Origin: Rhizaria sp. SCN 62-66
Taxonomy: Eukaryota
DNA length: 64,000 nt
Direction: 5' to 3'
Assembly: GCA_001724265.1 (NCBI GenBank)
Contig: MEDY01000041.1
Span: forward strand, 1-64,000
A program made the position numbers and the translations under genes. The notes under the pieces are model-generated. The model had not been told where the DNA came from. It was given only the letters and a program-made list of their open reading frames with translations, and ran no database searches. Of this stretch, positions 44,201-52,466 are shown piece after piece (within the stretch, counting starts at the first letter, position 1; every line of letters begins with the position of its first letter).

Positions 44201-46869
44201 GTGGCGGCGTGGCCCGCGGCCCTGGCGCCGGCCTCGGCGTCGGCCCGCGCCCACAGCGCCCGCGCCAGCTCGCCCTGCTCGGCCCGCAGCGCCGCCACGC
44301 GCGCGGCGTCGCCGACCTGCGCGCGGAGCTGCAGCCGCTGCCGCGCCTCGCGCCGCGCCGCGGGGGCCACAATGCACGCGATGGCGTCAGCCTCGAGCGC
44401 GGACACCTCGTCGCGCAGTTCCATCTGGCTTGCAAACGCGGCGGCGCGGCGGCGCGCGGCCGTGCGGGCCGCGGCGGCGGCGGCGGCGCGCGCGGCTGAA
44501 GTTGCCTGCAGGTCACGCGCATGGGCCGCAAAGCGCGCGAGCAGCGTGGTGACGCCGCGGGCGCGCGCCACGTCTGTGTGCGGGATCGACAAGCGTACTG
44601 CGAGCGGCCAGGGCAGCGCCGCCAGCGGGTGCGGCGGCGGCGGCGCGGCGGGCGCCAGCACAGGTAGCCCAGCGCCCGCACTCCCGCTAGTACTGGCGCT
44701 GCTGCTGTTGTTGCTCTGAGAGAAAATTGACGTGAGCGCGGGATCAACGGCGATGATCATGCAGGGGTAGTAAAACGGCGACGGGACAAGCAGAGACAGC
44801 GCGCGGCGAGCCGCGGTCACCGCTGCAGCAGCAGGAGCAGCGGCAGCCATGGCGGCGGCGGCGGCAGCGGCGACAGAGGTGCTAACGGTTAGAGCGAGCG
44901 CGCGCGGGCCGACGTGTGCGTTGCTGAGATTCGTGCTGGCCTCCTTGGCGGCGGGGGGCGTCGGGACGAACGCGGACGCGAAGACTGAGACGGTGCTTGG
45001 AGAGATAGGGCTCGTAGGGCTGTTGAGATTAGCGGCGGCAACAGCAGATGCAGCGGCCCTGCTGGTTGCAATCTCATGGTCGTTGTCGCTGACGCTGTCA
45101 TCATCGCCATTGATGTTGTCGTTGTAGCTGTAGTCTCCACTGACCTTGATCTTGATCTTGTCCCTGTCATCGCCGTGCTCATCGTCGCTGTCGTCGTTGT
45201 CGTCAGCAAGAGCCGACTGATTGCGACTGCTGCTGCTGCTGCTGACCGCGGTCCCTGCTGCTGCGGCCGCCGCAGTGGCTGCAGTCGCCGAGTCCGAGTC
45301 CGAGTCCGTCAGGGTCACACTGGCGCTGATGCTGCCGTTCACAGTCGTGTTCTCGGCTGCTGTACTGTTGGCGCCAGTACTGCCATCGTCGTAGCCAAGA
45401 TCTTGCCGCCCATCCGCCTTCAACGGCGATCTTGAGAAAGAACTGGGCGCAGCGGTGGCGGCCGCTTCGTTGCGCATCAGCGTTGCCAGTGGCACGAGCG
45501 CAGGCGTGATGCCCAGCAGCCTCGTGTTGGCTGCATTCGCGCCAGAGCCGGCGCCAATGAACAGCCTGCTGCTGCTCCTGCTGGTGCTGCCGCTGAAGTC
45601 GTCGCCGTGCACATTGTTCCCGCCGGCGGCGTACGAGTCTGATTCGGAGCCGAACGACGCGCGCCTGCTGCTGCGGCCGCTGTTGGGCCGGCTGCCCGTC
45701 CCGCTTCCGCTGCCACCAAAGCCCGCCGCCGCGGCCGCCGCGGCGGTGGCGGTGGTGTTGACGCCCAGCATGGCCACGCGCGCGCCGCCGTGCGGCGAGA
45801 TGGAGCGGGTGCCGTACGTCAAAACGCCGTCAGAGTACCCGTGACCACCGGTACCGCCGTTGTTGCTGCTGCTGTTGGCCTGTTGCGCAAGGAGGAGCTG
45901 CTGCTGCTGCAGCTGCGCCGCTTTCTGCTGCTGCTGCTGCTGCCGCTGAATGAGCGTCGTGATCGCGACCAGCGCGCTGAGCGACACCGGCGCGACGTCG
46001 GGCTCATGCTCCGAGCCGTCGGCAGCCGAATCGCCGCCGCCGCCGCCGCCGTCGACGTCGTCGTCGTCACTGCCGCTGCCGCTCGCGCTGTGGATGGCGG
46101 AGAGCGGGGACGAGCCGCGCAGCGCGAGATTATTCGCATTCGCACTTATACTCGCAGTCGCATTCGTATTGGTATTCGCGCCGCCCGGACTAGCACCACC
46201 AGCGCCAGTGGCGGCGCTAGAGCCTGAGCTGGTCGCGTTGGGGCGCGGGGTTCGGGCCGAGCGCGGCGTGCCCTTGCTGCTGTTGAGCGTGAACAGCGTG
46301 GGCTCCTCTCGCAGCGCGGGCAGAGGCGTGTGCAGGGAACCTTCCAGCGCGTTGCCGCCAATGTTGGCGCTGTTGCCGCTGTTGGTGTCGGTGAAGCGGT
46401 TGGGGTAGTGGCCCAGTGGTGGCAGCAGTGGGTCCGAGCTCCCTGTGTTGCCGCTGCCGTGCCCGTGCCCGTGACCGTGAGCGTGAGCGTGGCCGCTGGA
46501 AGTGACCGTGGGCGCCGCAGCCGAGGTCGAGGCGTAGTCGCGGGCAATGCGCGCCAGGGTCGCCGCGGCAAGGCGCTTAGCCTTGGGCGTGTAGCCGGCG
46601 GCGGCCGCGCCGGCCGGCGCTGAGGGCATAGGGAGCACCGTGTCTGCAATGGTCGACGTTGACGCTGAGGAAGATGACTGAGGGCGCGGGGTGGAGCCGG
46701 ATACAGGCGTCCCCGGGGGATGCGGCTGCATGGGACCCAAGGTCACGGTTGCGACAGTAGTTGGACCAGCAGGAGCAGTGCTGCTCGCGCTAGCACTCGC
46801 AGTAGCAGTGCCACCGCTGACCTGGGGGCGACTGCCCGAGCGGGGAGTGCCCGGGATGGCGGGAAGCAT
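35272..46869 (-). CDS. Giant (3865 aa) low-complexity protein with dispersed SPRY-like segments and C-terminal IQ motifs
   Basis: Uninterrupted 11.6-kb ORF bounded by AT-rich spacers. IQ motifs: AAVVIQRAWRR, AALVIQRAWRAF, AAVQIQRRWRG, LQNGVRGFLARK, AAVKIQRLWRR. SPRY-like segments: VVSFMIDLSGGTLYV, MRPAVAL, ISVNFGAFPF. Confidence 0.8.
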   Translation of the reverse strand: MLPAIPGTPRSGSRPQVSGGTATASASASSTAPAGPTTVATVTLGPMQPHPPGTPVSGSTPRPQSSSSASTSTIADTVLPMPSAPAGAAAAGYTPKAKRLAAATLARIARDYASTSAAAPTVTSSGHAHAHGHGHGHGSGNTGSSDPLLPPLGHYPNRFTDTNSGNSANIGGNALEGSLHTPLPALREEPTLFTLNSSKGTPRSARTPRPNATSSGSSAATGAGGASPGGANTNTNATASISANANNLALRGSSPLSAIHSASGSGSDDDDVDGGGGGGDSAADGSEHEPDVAPVSLSALVAITTLIQRQQQQQQKAAQLQQQQLLLAQQANSSSNNGGTGGHGYSDGVLTYGTRSISPHGGARVAMLGVNTTATAAAAAAAGFGGSGSGTGSRPNSGRSSRRASFGSESDSYAAGGNNVHGDDFSGSTSRSSSRLFIGAGSGANAANTRLLGITPALVPLATLMRNEAAATAAPSSFSRSPLKADGRQDLGYDDGSTGANSTAAENTTVNGSISASVTLTDSDSDSATAATAAAAAAGTAVSSSSSSRNQSALADDNDDSDDEHGDDRDKIKIKVSGDYSYNDNINGDDDSVSDNDHEIATSRAAASAVAAANLNSPTSPISPSTVSVFASAFVPTPPAAKEASTNLSNAHVGPRALALTVSTSVAAAAAAAMAAAAPAAAAVTAARRALSLLVPSPFYYPCMIIAVDPALTSIFSQSNNSSSASTSGSAGAGLPVLAPAAPPPPHPLAALPWPLAVRLSIPHTDVARARGVTTLLARFAAHARDLQATSAARAAAAAAARTAARRRAAAFASQMELRDEVSALEADAIACIVAPAARREARQRLQLRAQVGDAARVAALRAEQGELARALWARADAEAGARAAGHAATCALLGRLGQDAADAVSSIAPLQQQQGGGAGTNAGTVSGSTVVVAAVEGGENGEGSGNSNSAAVVKRAMALHDNRVLDPSLLLYGPLAPSSTGAGATGGDTAQSLLQPQARLMGSGAADSLDSSGSGENDPGVAMASLLPYPLSLVFCSALLPYVNAAYTYSRTTGDLARLGAAAPAAKAARAAAPASVAAAAFPLPPPPVVGAAFGSVARDADAVAPYGAAPLDPAVSAVLNATVAEGSSGYDGSASGGISAGSSSIGRGNGLAGVGAGTVTGPSSGNGNNNKRGGGVNGGVGATAAEAGVRWELGLTPSQLVDAAANTLSNNTNAGGSSSSGTAVESNSDNKTAQQPQSQGQGQAQGRLSPFLLMLRALSGPAPSLGAASAAAQLWARLAPTATQAHAHGGSTSGSSGGGKGSALRVPPLRLVSDMTAAAEVSRLRLDPASASVTLHVPAHAPTVTHWAGAVLRNQSRAPVTDNAVAEMWAGLVEATAAARSGRYGPNATGANAGISVFSGLAADLASPTGLLLATANYNNSNAGGGGGGFKHRRNQSTAENAQHLALPSNSGTLGANGGSAEVSPLSLSSAASPTALTIAKSLHNSASGGNGLALGAGAVSPSLCALWALLAPTWGYAFGSRPLHIIPRLPPAPLSNANVNANNAHVNSANANAANCNSASVGGYSIATLTHRAYRAPGLLLGFGGGAPAAAQGSAYTAYQQQNAGAGAGARNKAAGTEAMAALSTLTASYGGSSASSSSASARSLVVYEEGGESSHHHPLVFAGSRVTGPAPFSATQSISANGAAAAPLDTTISLINSSANTASAGALRPAAAAAALPLPRLDSAPLASTPGPGGVVLAPGAAPLLPASSMATIAPTSSHHHSNSTGRYGGGGGGASAASMVDMSGRGVSFASQLPSRSDALLAFARSRGDYASCATVAAVIIADLLPSAFLPSQPWDQLELLLTAAPGVAEAVLRQWRAAAIAADIAGTADAAAGGASAAGVAAASAAASTALGLASASANSTGGSTVNAPPASLAKLDVLLTHALSQAAEHVGRRWTQLSASASVPVVADELRAALVAAAPPGSCVFPFPPDASSADGSNNAATANPNLNAAYVAPAALARALVLLSLVSQHGLSLSSLVDIPDILPAASTAPASGSGHTGNSAAGGQQQPQPQLLPTGVGAAWATLVSAATALSAMTQPQAVLAARAAVARYVHYLTRFARSYWELHAHGTRESWMAGVAHVATAAPPKQLKRARAARDRAARAARRARATAAAAAAAAAAAAAAAGGQAVAAASGTVAAGSNAGNASGGSNVTAAAAATAAATAAAAAAAAAAAAEAEAAAAMSRGDDAEDSNEDESHRATHADSVADSEHGSSGGAYGRKLSAKSHSSSKPVLNGSNDGSQSDSDSDSNRFPSHSHNHGAHGSNSIPGVISDPLDLPPAAAQLQSNPATASANGANPSGSGVGDRARPAPAAAFSFGHTHSRGMALCSDGTLVWGGITLPGVVGAPALTVNAAPGPDGAPIIAQSHANSSSSSNPVMSLGGFGLGAGVGLSVLGAVYKVVRDHGPDPAVAVPAASPAPGVPGSLRWVAPLSADAAPNLNSTSNSGVVFSSAGTISAGANGCVLSAPVRCMFTHDPSALPRPSAACVVSFMIDLSGGTLYVAADGGPFLAVFGADAMMWGPRERAAQAAALAAQVMRPAVALLGTAAVDAVGESYLPSASANTNSGASVGGGNAQAPQSQLVGVHASPPQQQPQQQKVAAAVTSGPETGKPNNANASAAINPARGSLGGASHSRKSSVGKHSRKGSAALSVSESDRENSATPVADEQRPGSRSHSRGTQSRGGSSSNTVVNATANTASSTTNNTSDGSKMRDDNATARAGVDAGSATPPPQSRSQSRPELRPDSQPHSDLQSRSQSRTQSRAASPAPGSSRPASRPASRASGPLSPPANNGTSAGKRASGGKLGTPSSSAANANTGGSSGSGSRPGSRRSSVTRVRTGSSSGARKSSGTNALNSGISGDANMSLSSTALAPASSSSQQHQQSQPPQIRRPQSLALASTVLSLPLQTGRNAAVGPAISIGAKLALAAATAPASTLSPSNSNASPNSSPLNASSNTNSSGNSASANANDKSSAAAFSLAAAASAVIAATAGAGAGSSRDSSAPVAAALTLPRAPRAGTSGARRLLRAAAFAAAAAAAAAAAPPARFGRSGGDGEHATPALPSQDPALWHRIARDARLSAAAAAHNAQGRRNPAAGAGANGVVLGESDAWGAAGALAAAAAPSQSQIALQQLLSSSSASAAASGSGGSGMLNPRSSGIMGANHGPASGNTGNPETAAMRAAGHARTRSRGFFASAAAATSVTGADPESGAAGSGSGNGDDAATAALGHDASAASAALFAALSTATTAPTPPSISVNFGAFPFAHFPPPALVSVAAADAVSQPPGSQFETADTPYSYAWVPVAAIGDCGAQSVNSNSTSYGYSDASASAGSNSLVVSGGRALVALCGGGRPPSLSELVDWGAVKSKLQRAARRENANNNANNYTNANNANSTATIDLTNGKAVATRMAAATAAAAASASAAAAAAAAATHASTGSAASALALARATATAAATAAAAAEAAAEDRFRVFAATLAAPQLRSWSHFPPREMRATQAAVVIQRAWRRRLAARARTLEARARAHAALVIQRAWRAFRQRRRTVLERAAVQIQRRWRGVRERRRYKLVKEYGTTPAKATAAVKVLQNGVRGFLARKAQRSQQLVAKEQVAYVNALVTLVQIAWREKLAMRRKREEAQAASHRKSTGDDHGDHKTAGDDKNHPDSASKTSSSHKSQSDHEQQKQQHFAADSEHAAPTVRALLSTPTLLVSALAFIKLHAAVRIRAGLAAVSRSVKRQLQTAQEQALERQMRYKAAVKIQRLWRRVRARLQRRRAHQHVRSALGIVRDGYRRAVLFERIEVYGVMATADAIKMFFDRLGLLPAPPGLESE

Positions 46870-47726
46870 GAGCGGGGCGAGTTACGAGGGCAAGAAGCCC
46901 AACAGAGGATGATTTAAGAACAACAAAGCACTTGATACTATAGGTGTGGTGTACACGCAATGAAAGATCAAAGAGCTGCAAACATACAGAGGAAAGAACA
47001 GAGTGGGCAGTCATGATGAGCCAAGTCGTTACTACGGATCTAAAATCACGGACAGCTTATCAAAATAGTCAGTTATGATAATTTAATTAGAATATAACCT
47101 CTAACTGTCAACAATACATATAAATTAGCAGCATAAATTTGATTTGACGACATATTCATGACATACTGCCTTCTCAAAATCCTAAGTTAATTCCCTACCT
47201 CTCGCCACTCTTACGGCGCCTGAGACAACCACTGCCGATTTTGCATTTTAGTTCGCATACCAACGCATTACTGAGCTACTAGAGTATCAAATGAAGATCG
47301 AAAGTGTTCAGCAGGTTTTGAATATTTATGTACATTGGTTTTATTGTTTCTTAGTTTACTTATTATAAGCTAAAACATCACTATTTCTTCTATACTAACC
47401 TCGCCTTAACTTAGCTTCGCTTTGATTTGCTTTGCGGACTGAGCCGTTTCTATCAGCTCAGCCTCTTAACAGCCTTGCCATAGCGAGCTCATGACACACA
47501 ATATGTTGCAGCTGCTACAAACAGCACACTCACACACCGTATCACGAAAACACTCAATCTTCTGTTTCTTTTCAACTCACTCCAGCAGACAGCACAATAC
47601 ACACCATCGTCGTTCTGATAATCAAATACAACGAAGGCGTACATTTAGCAGTTATTTACTTTGTTCTAGTCAACTCGTGTGCGTGTGTTTGCACTTGTCT
47701 CGCCCGACGACTGTCGGACAGACTGC

Positions 47727-49633
47727 TTAGTAGTGGTTGTGGGCGGGGCCGCGCGGGTCGTTCTTGGCGCCGAGCGTGATGGCGTCATCGATGCGGATGA
47801 TCGTGATCGCGGCCTCAACAGCGAAACGGATCATCTTGATCTTGCCCATGGCGGGCTCGAGCACGCCCGCGCGGAGGTTGTTGCGCACCTTGCCCTCATC
47901 GAGGTCGAGCCCGGTCCACTTGTACTCCTCCTTGCTCGGGTCAGACTGCGACGCGCTGTGGTACGCGCGCAGCTGCGCCGCCAGGTCGATGGCGTCGTAG
48001 GCGCCGTTGACGGCGAGCGTCTTGGGGATGACGAGCAGCGCCTGCGCAAAGGCCTCGACAGCGAGGCGCTCGCGCGTGGCCATCTTCTCGGCCACCGACT
48101 CCATGTGCACCGACAGCGCACCCTCGATGCAGCCGCCGCCGGGGAGCACCTTCTTGCTCTCCAGGCAGCGCTTGACGGCGCACATGGCGTCGTGCAGCGA
48201 GCGGTCGATCTCGTCCAGCAGGTAGTCGTTGGCGCCGCGCAGGATGATCGACTGCGAGCTCTTGGCGGAGCAGCCCTTGATGTAGATGAGCTCGCCGTCA
48301 CCGACCTTGGACTCGGCGACCTCCTCGGCCGTGCCGAAAACCGACTCGTCGACGGACTCGGCACCGTCCTCGTCGGCCAGCGACAGCAGCACCTTGCCGC
48401 CCGTGGAGGCCGCGATGGCCATGAGGTCCGACTTCTTGCAGCGGCGCACGGCCATCACCTTGCGGTCCACGAAGCACTTGAGCGCCATGTCGTCGATGCC
48501 CTTGGTGGTGAGGATCACGTTGGCGCCGGCGTCGAGCAGCATGTTGATGCGGTCCTTGGTGATGCCGGCCTCGCGGTCGCGGATGTTCTGCAGCTTGGTG
48601 GGGTCGTTGACGAGCACCTGGACGCCCATGCCCAGTTGCTGCTTGCGCAGGTCGATGTCCAGCAGCGCGATCTTGGCGTTGCGGATAACCGTGGGCATGC
48701 CCTGCGCGGCGCGCACGCAGTTGAGCGCGAAGCCGGGGACGAGCTCCGACTCGCGGGCCGACTTGCCGTGCGCCTTGAGGATGTTGATCGAGTTGATGGG
48801 GTACTTGGACTTGCCCGTCTTAGAGGGCTGCTCCACGGCCGTGACGGCGTCGACGGCGAGCTTGGCGAAGAAGTCGCTCTCGTTGCCGATGATCTTGGAG
48901 GACATCGAGGTGCGGGCGATGTTCATGATGGCGTCCTCGGGCAGCGCAGACACCTCGGTGGTCATCGTCTCCTTGATGTAGCGGCACGCCTCCTTCTTGG
49001 CGTAGTTGAAGCCGGAGATGATCGAGGTGGGGTGCACCTTCTGCTTGACGAGCTCGTTGGCGGCGCGGAGCAGCTCCGAGGCGAGGATGACGACCGAGGT
49101 GGTACCGTCGCCGACCTCCTGGTCCTGCAGGTTGGAGAGCTCGACGAGCACCTTAGCCGCGGGGTGCTGCACGTCGAGCTGCTTCAGGATCGTGGCACCA
49201 TCGTTGGTGATGTTGACGTCGCCGAGGTCGTCAACAAGCATCTTGTCGAGACCGGTGGGGCCGAGGGAGGACTTGACGATGTTGGCGAGCGCGATGACGG
49301 CCGTCACGTTCTGAGAGCGGACGTCCTGACCACGCTTGATGTCGCCGTTGATGGCAGCTGCGGCGGACACTGTGAGGATGACAAGAAGATCCAGGTGAAC
49401 GCGAGTAAAAGAGAGTTAAAGAGAAAGATCGTGTGAGAAGAGAGGTGAGTGGCATGGTCATGGAAAGGCGTGGGGCAGTGCGAATAGACTAGTAGAGCGC
49501 GAGCAAAGAGAGCCTCCAAACGTTCGGGAATATTGCCGGAGCGAAACAAGAAAAATAGCGCTATTGCGGAAAAATGAAGACGACGAGGTGATACAACAGG
49601 GATACACGACGTAAGTTGGCCGAACGACGTACT
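47727..49633 (-). CDS. CCT1: Chaperonin CCT subunit alpha (TCP-1 alpha); the start codon is split by intron 49370-49632
   Basis: GQDVRSQNV, VKSSLGPTGLDKMLVDDLGDVNITNDGATIL, QDQEVGDGTTSVV, IILRGAN and GVLEPAMGK. TAA stop. Confidence 0.96.
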
Positions 49634-50340
49634 GGTTGTGTGTGACCGAAGCCTATACAAGAGGGGAAAGAAAAGAGCGAGCAGGCACGAGCAATCGCGA
49701 ACGGTAGGCGTGTGTCAGATGAGTGGCGATATCAGGCATAGTTGAGCGCGTTAGAAGGTAGAAGCATATTCGACCAATAATTTACGTGAAAAAAATACTA
49801 GGCGACGCGTCTAATCCCTAAACCCATGGCCCTGGCGCGCGCTATACCTTCTGTTAGTTTGGCCCGAGTTCAAATTCCGCACAGTTGTTTCTCGCCAGCA
49901 CCGACAGGCCAAACCGTATCCAACCCGCACCAGGGAAACGCCTATGAGAGATAACGCTAAAGTATGTAAATGATATGGATCCAATAGTTATCGAAATCAC
50001 GAAGGATTCGTTAAATCCCACAATTAACACCCTGTAAGGCCTTGTTCATCGAACGCGTGGTCCGTTAAAGACTAAGTGACCGTGGGCAGCTCCCAAGCTT
50101 GCTCACAGTCACTGGTCACTGGCTCGCAGCTCGCTGCGACTGGCTGTGGAGGTGCGAAAAATACAAACACAGCTTGAACACATGCGAGGTGTTGATCTAA
50201 GAATTAAATATTTCAGCTATGTATTATACACTGAGTTAGTCACGCAAAAATCACATTATTACTACATAAACTCACATATCACGCTACCAAAGCGCTACAA
50301 AAAGCATCACAAATACAATAGTAACATCACGGCAGCTTGC

Positions 50341-51539
50341 TTACTCGGACGCGGTCTTCTTGCCTTCGAGCTCGGCCTCAAGCTTGGCAAGCTGCTCCGC
50401 GGAGACGGTCTCGAGCACGGTGTCGACCCACTCCTCGACGCCCTTGATCTCGGGCACGTAGTGCATGAGCATGTTCTGGATGCCGTGCTTGAGCGTCGCG
50501 CCGCTGCTGGGGCAGCCGGAGCACGAGCCTGCGACGAGAGAAAGCGAGATGACAGCAAAGACGGGGTGAGTCAGTGAGAAACTAGGTGGTAGATAATTCA
50601 AAGTTTGTTTCAAAGCAACAGAGCATCTTGTGACAGTATCAAAACAAAACTTCGAAGCAGTTTCGAAGCAGTCATATTAATGCGTACAGACAAGTAGTCA
50701 TTCAACAACGGATATAGCCAAATTCCTGTGATGATATAAAAGAATATCCGCGTACCCTTCATGAGGAGCCAGACGATCCTGTCTGCATCGAGCTTGATGA
50801 ACTCGATGTCGCCGCCGTCTTCCATGACCGAGGGCCGCACGCGCATGTCGATGATCTCCTTGATCAGCTCCACGGTCTCCTCGTCGCCGGGCAGGCAGGG
50901 CTGCTCGAGCGAGGCCGCGCCCGCGGCACCCGTGTCGGCGGCGACGATGGGCTGCCCCGTGGCGTAGGCGTCTGTGATGGCGGCGAACACCTGCGGCTTG
51001 AGCGGCATCCAGTCGACGCCGTCGTCGACCGTCACCGTCACGAAATCGGCGCCGAACATCACGCTCGACACGCCCTCGAGCAGCAGGACGGCGTAGGCCA
51101 GCGGGGACTGCTGCTTGGCGATCCCGCGGTTGCTAGCGTCGAAGGACGCCACGGGCGTGGCCACGGCGTCAGTCGTGGGCAGCACCTCGCGACCCGGGAG
51201 GAACTTCAGCGAGCGCGGGTTCGGCGTCGGCTGCACCTGGATAAACATCGACCGCGCGGGAGCTGCGGCGACGGTTACGGGGAGCAGCACCAGACGGGCG
51301 TTAGGAGACGCGCGCGACAGAGGGCGCGAGAGGAAAGAGGACGTCGAGAAGGTGCGAGCGATGGCGGGGACGGCGACACGGGGCGCTGCAGCGGAGGAAC
51401 AGGACGCATGGGAAGCAAAAGCAGAGAGCGAGGAGAAAGAAAAGCGTGCAAGGGGCGCAGCGGAAGTGCGCATGGCGGAAGAGGCCGCGGAGAGCGCAGG
51501 CTGGGCAGCAGCGCGGAGTTTGAGGACGCGACCGAACAT
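50341..51539 (-). CDS. NFU1: Mitochondrial Fe-S cluster carrier NFU1, intron 50529-50755
   Basis: Arg/Ser/Ala-rich presequence, [31 protein letters not shown], and spliced [32 protein letters not shown] stop. Confidence 0.95.
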
Positions 51540-52466
51540 CTGTGGCGAGTGGCACGGAAAAGTAGAGGCATTGTGGAGGATCGTGAGAGATTTAGTAAGC
51601 ATAAAAAAGGGAAAATAAACTATATTGTTTTTAAAAACGCGCTAAGACACTGCCGTTTCTATTGATCGATCGGAATATCATCTACGCCCTACGCTTTATC
51701 GGCGACTACCGCAGCGCTTGACTGGCCACCAGTCCTCTGGCCGTTGCCAGTTCAGCCAACAGTGTCTAGTAAATCAAGTTAACACGGCATAAGAGGCATA
51801 AGATGAAGTCGAATGGATGTGAGAGCGTCGAGTAATATCGAGAGCAAATCAATGCGCGAGAAACCAAGCTGTATTATGAAATGATGGGATGAGATAAGTT
51901 GCATTTAACAAACAAAGGTGTTTGTTAACGAGCACGCCGCCTGTAAGCCAGGCAAAAGGAAGAGGGGTGAGACCGAGAACAACAGCAACAACGGTAGCAG
52001 TAACACTAACAAAGACGACAATGAACGGCATTGTAGCAGTTGTCGTTGCGGACGCTGACGTCGAAGGGATGACAGAATAAAAATCGCGCTCCTAGTCAAG
52101 CATTGCATGATACCGACTGAGGGGTCAATATCAAGCAATGCGAGTACACGAGAGTCTTGAGAACAGATGCAATGAGAAAAATAAATTCAACAATCGAAGA
52201 ATCAAATATACACAATCGGAATGATGATCTAGATACAAGTGCACGTGAGTGCTTAGAATCGAGAAAACCAGGCAAAAAAGCAGCACGACACACAAGCCCG
52301 ACACGGTTGCAGCAAACACACTGCAGTAGCGTTCAGCCAAGCGTACACATGCGTAAGAAGCGCGTGGTGGCAACTCCAAAACTAAGTCCGCGGCAGTGCG
52401 GCTCATATCTTAGTAGACCAACGGCGGCTTAAATTCTTCGACATGTTGGGACGACTGTGGGCTGAC

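Noticed and set aside
47679-49436. 585-aa + strand ORF antisense to CCT1
   Set aside because: Shadow ORF produced by GC-rich codon bias of the real gene; no motifs.
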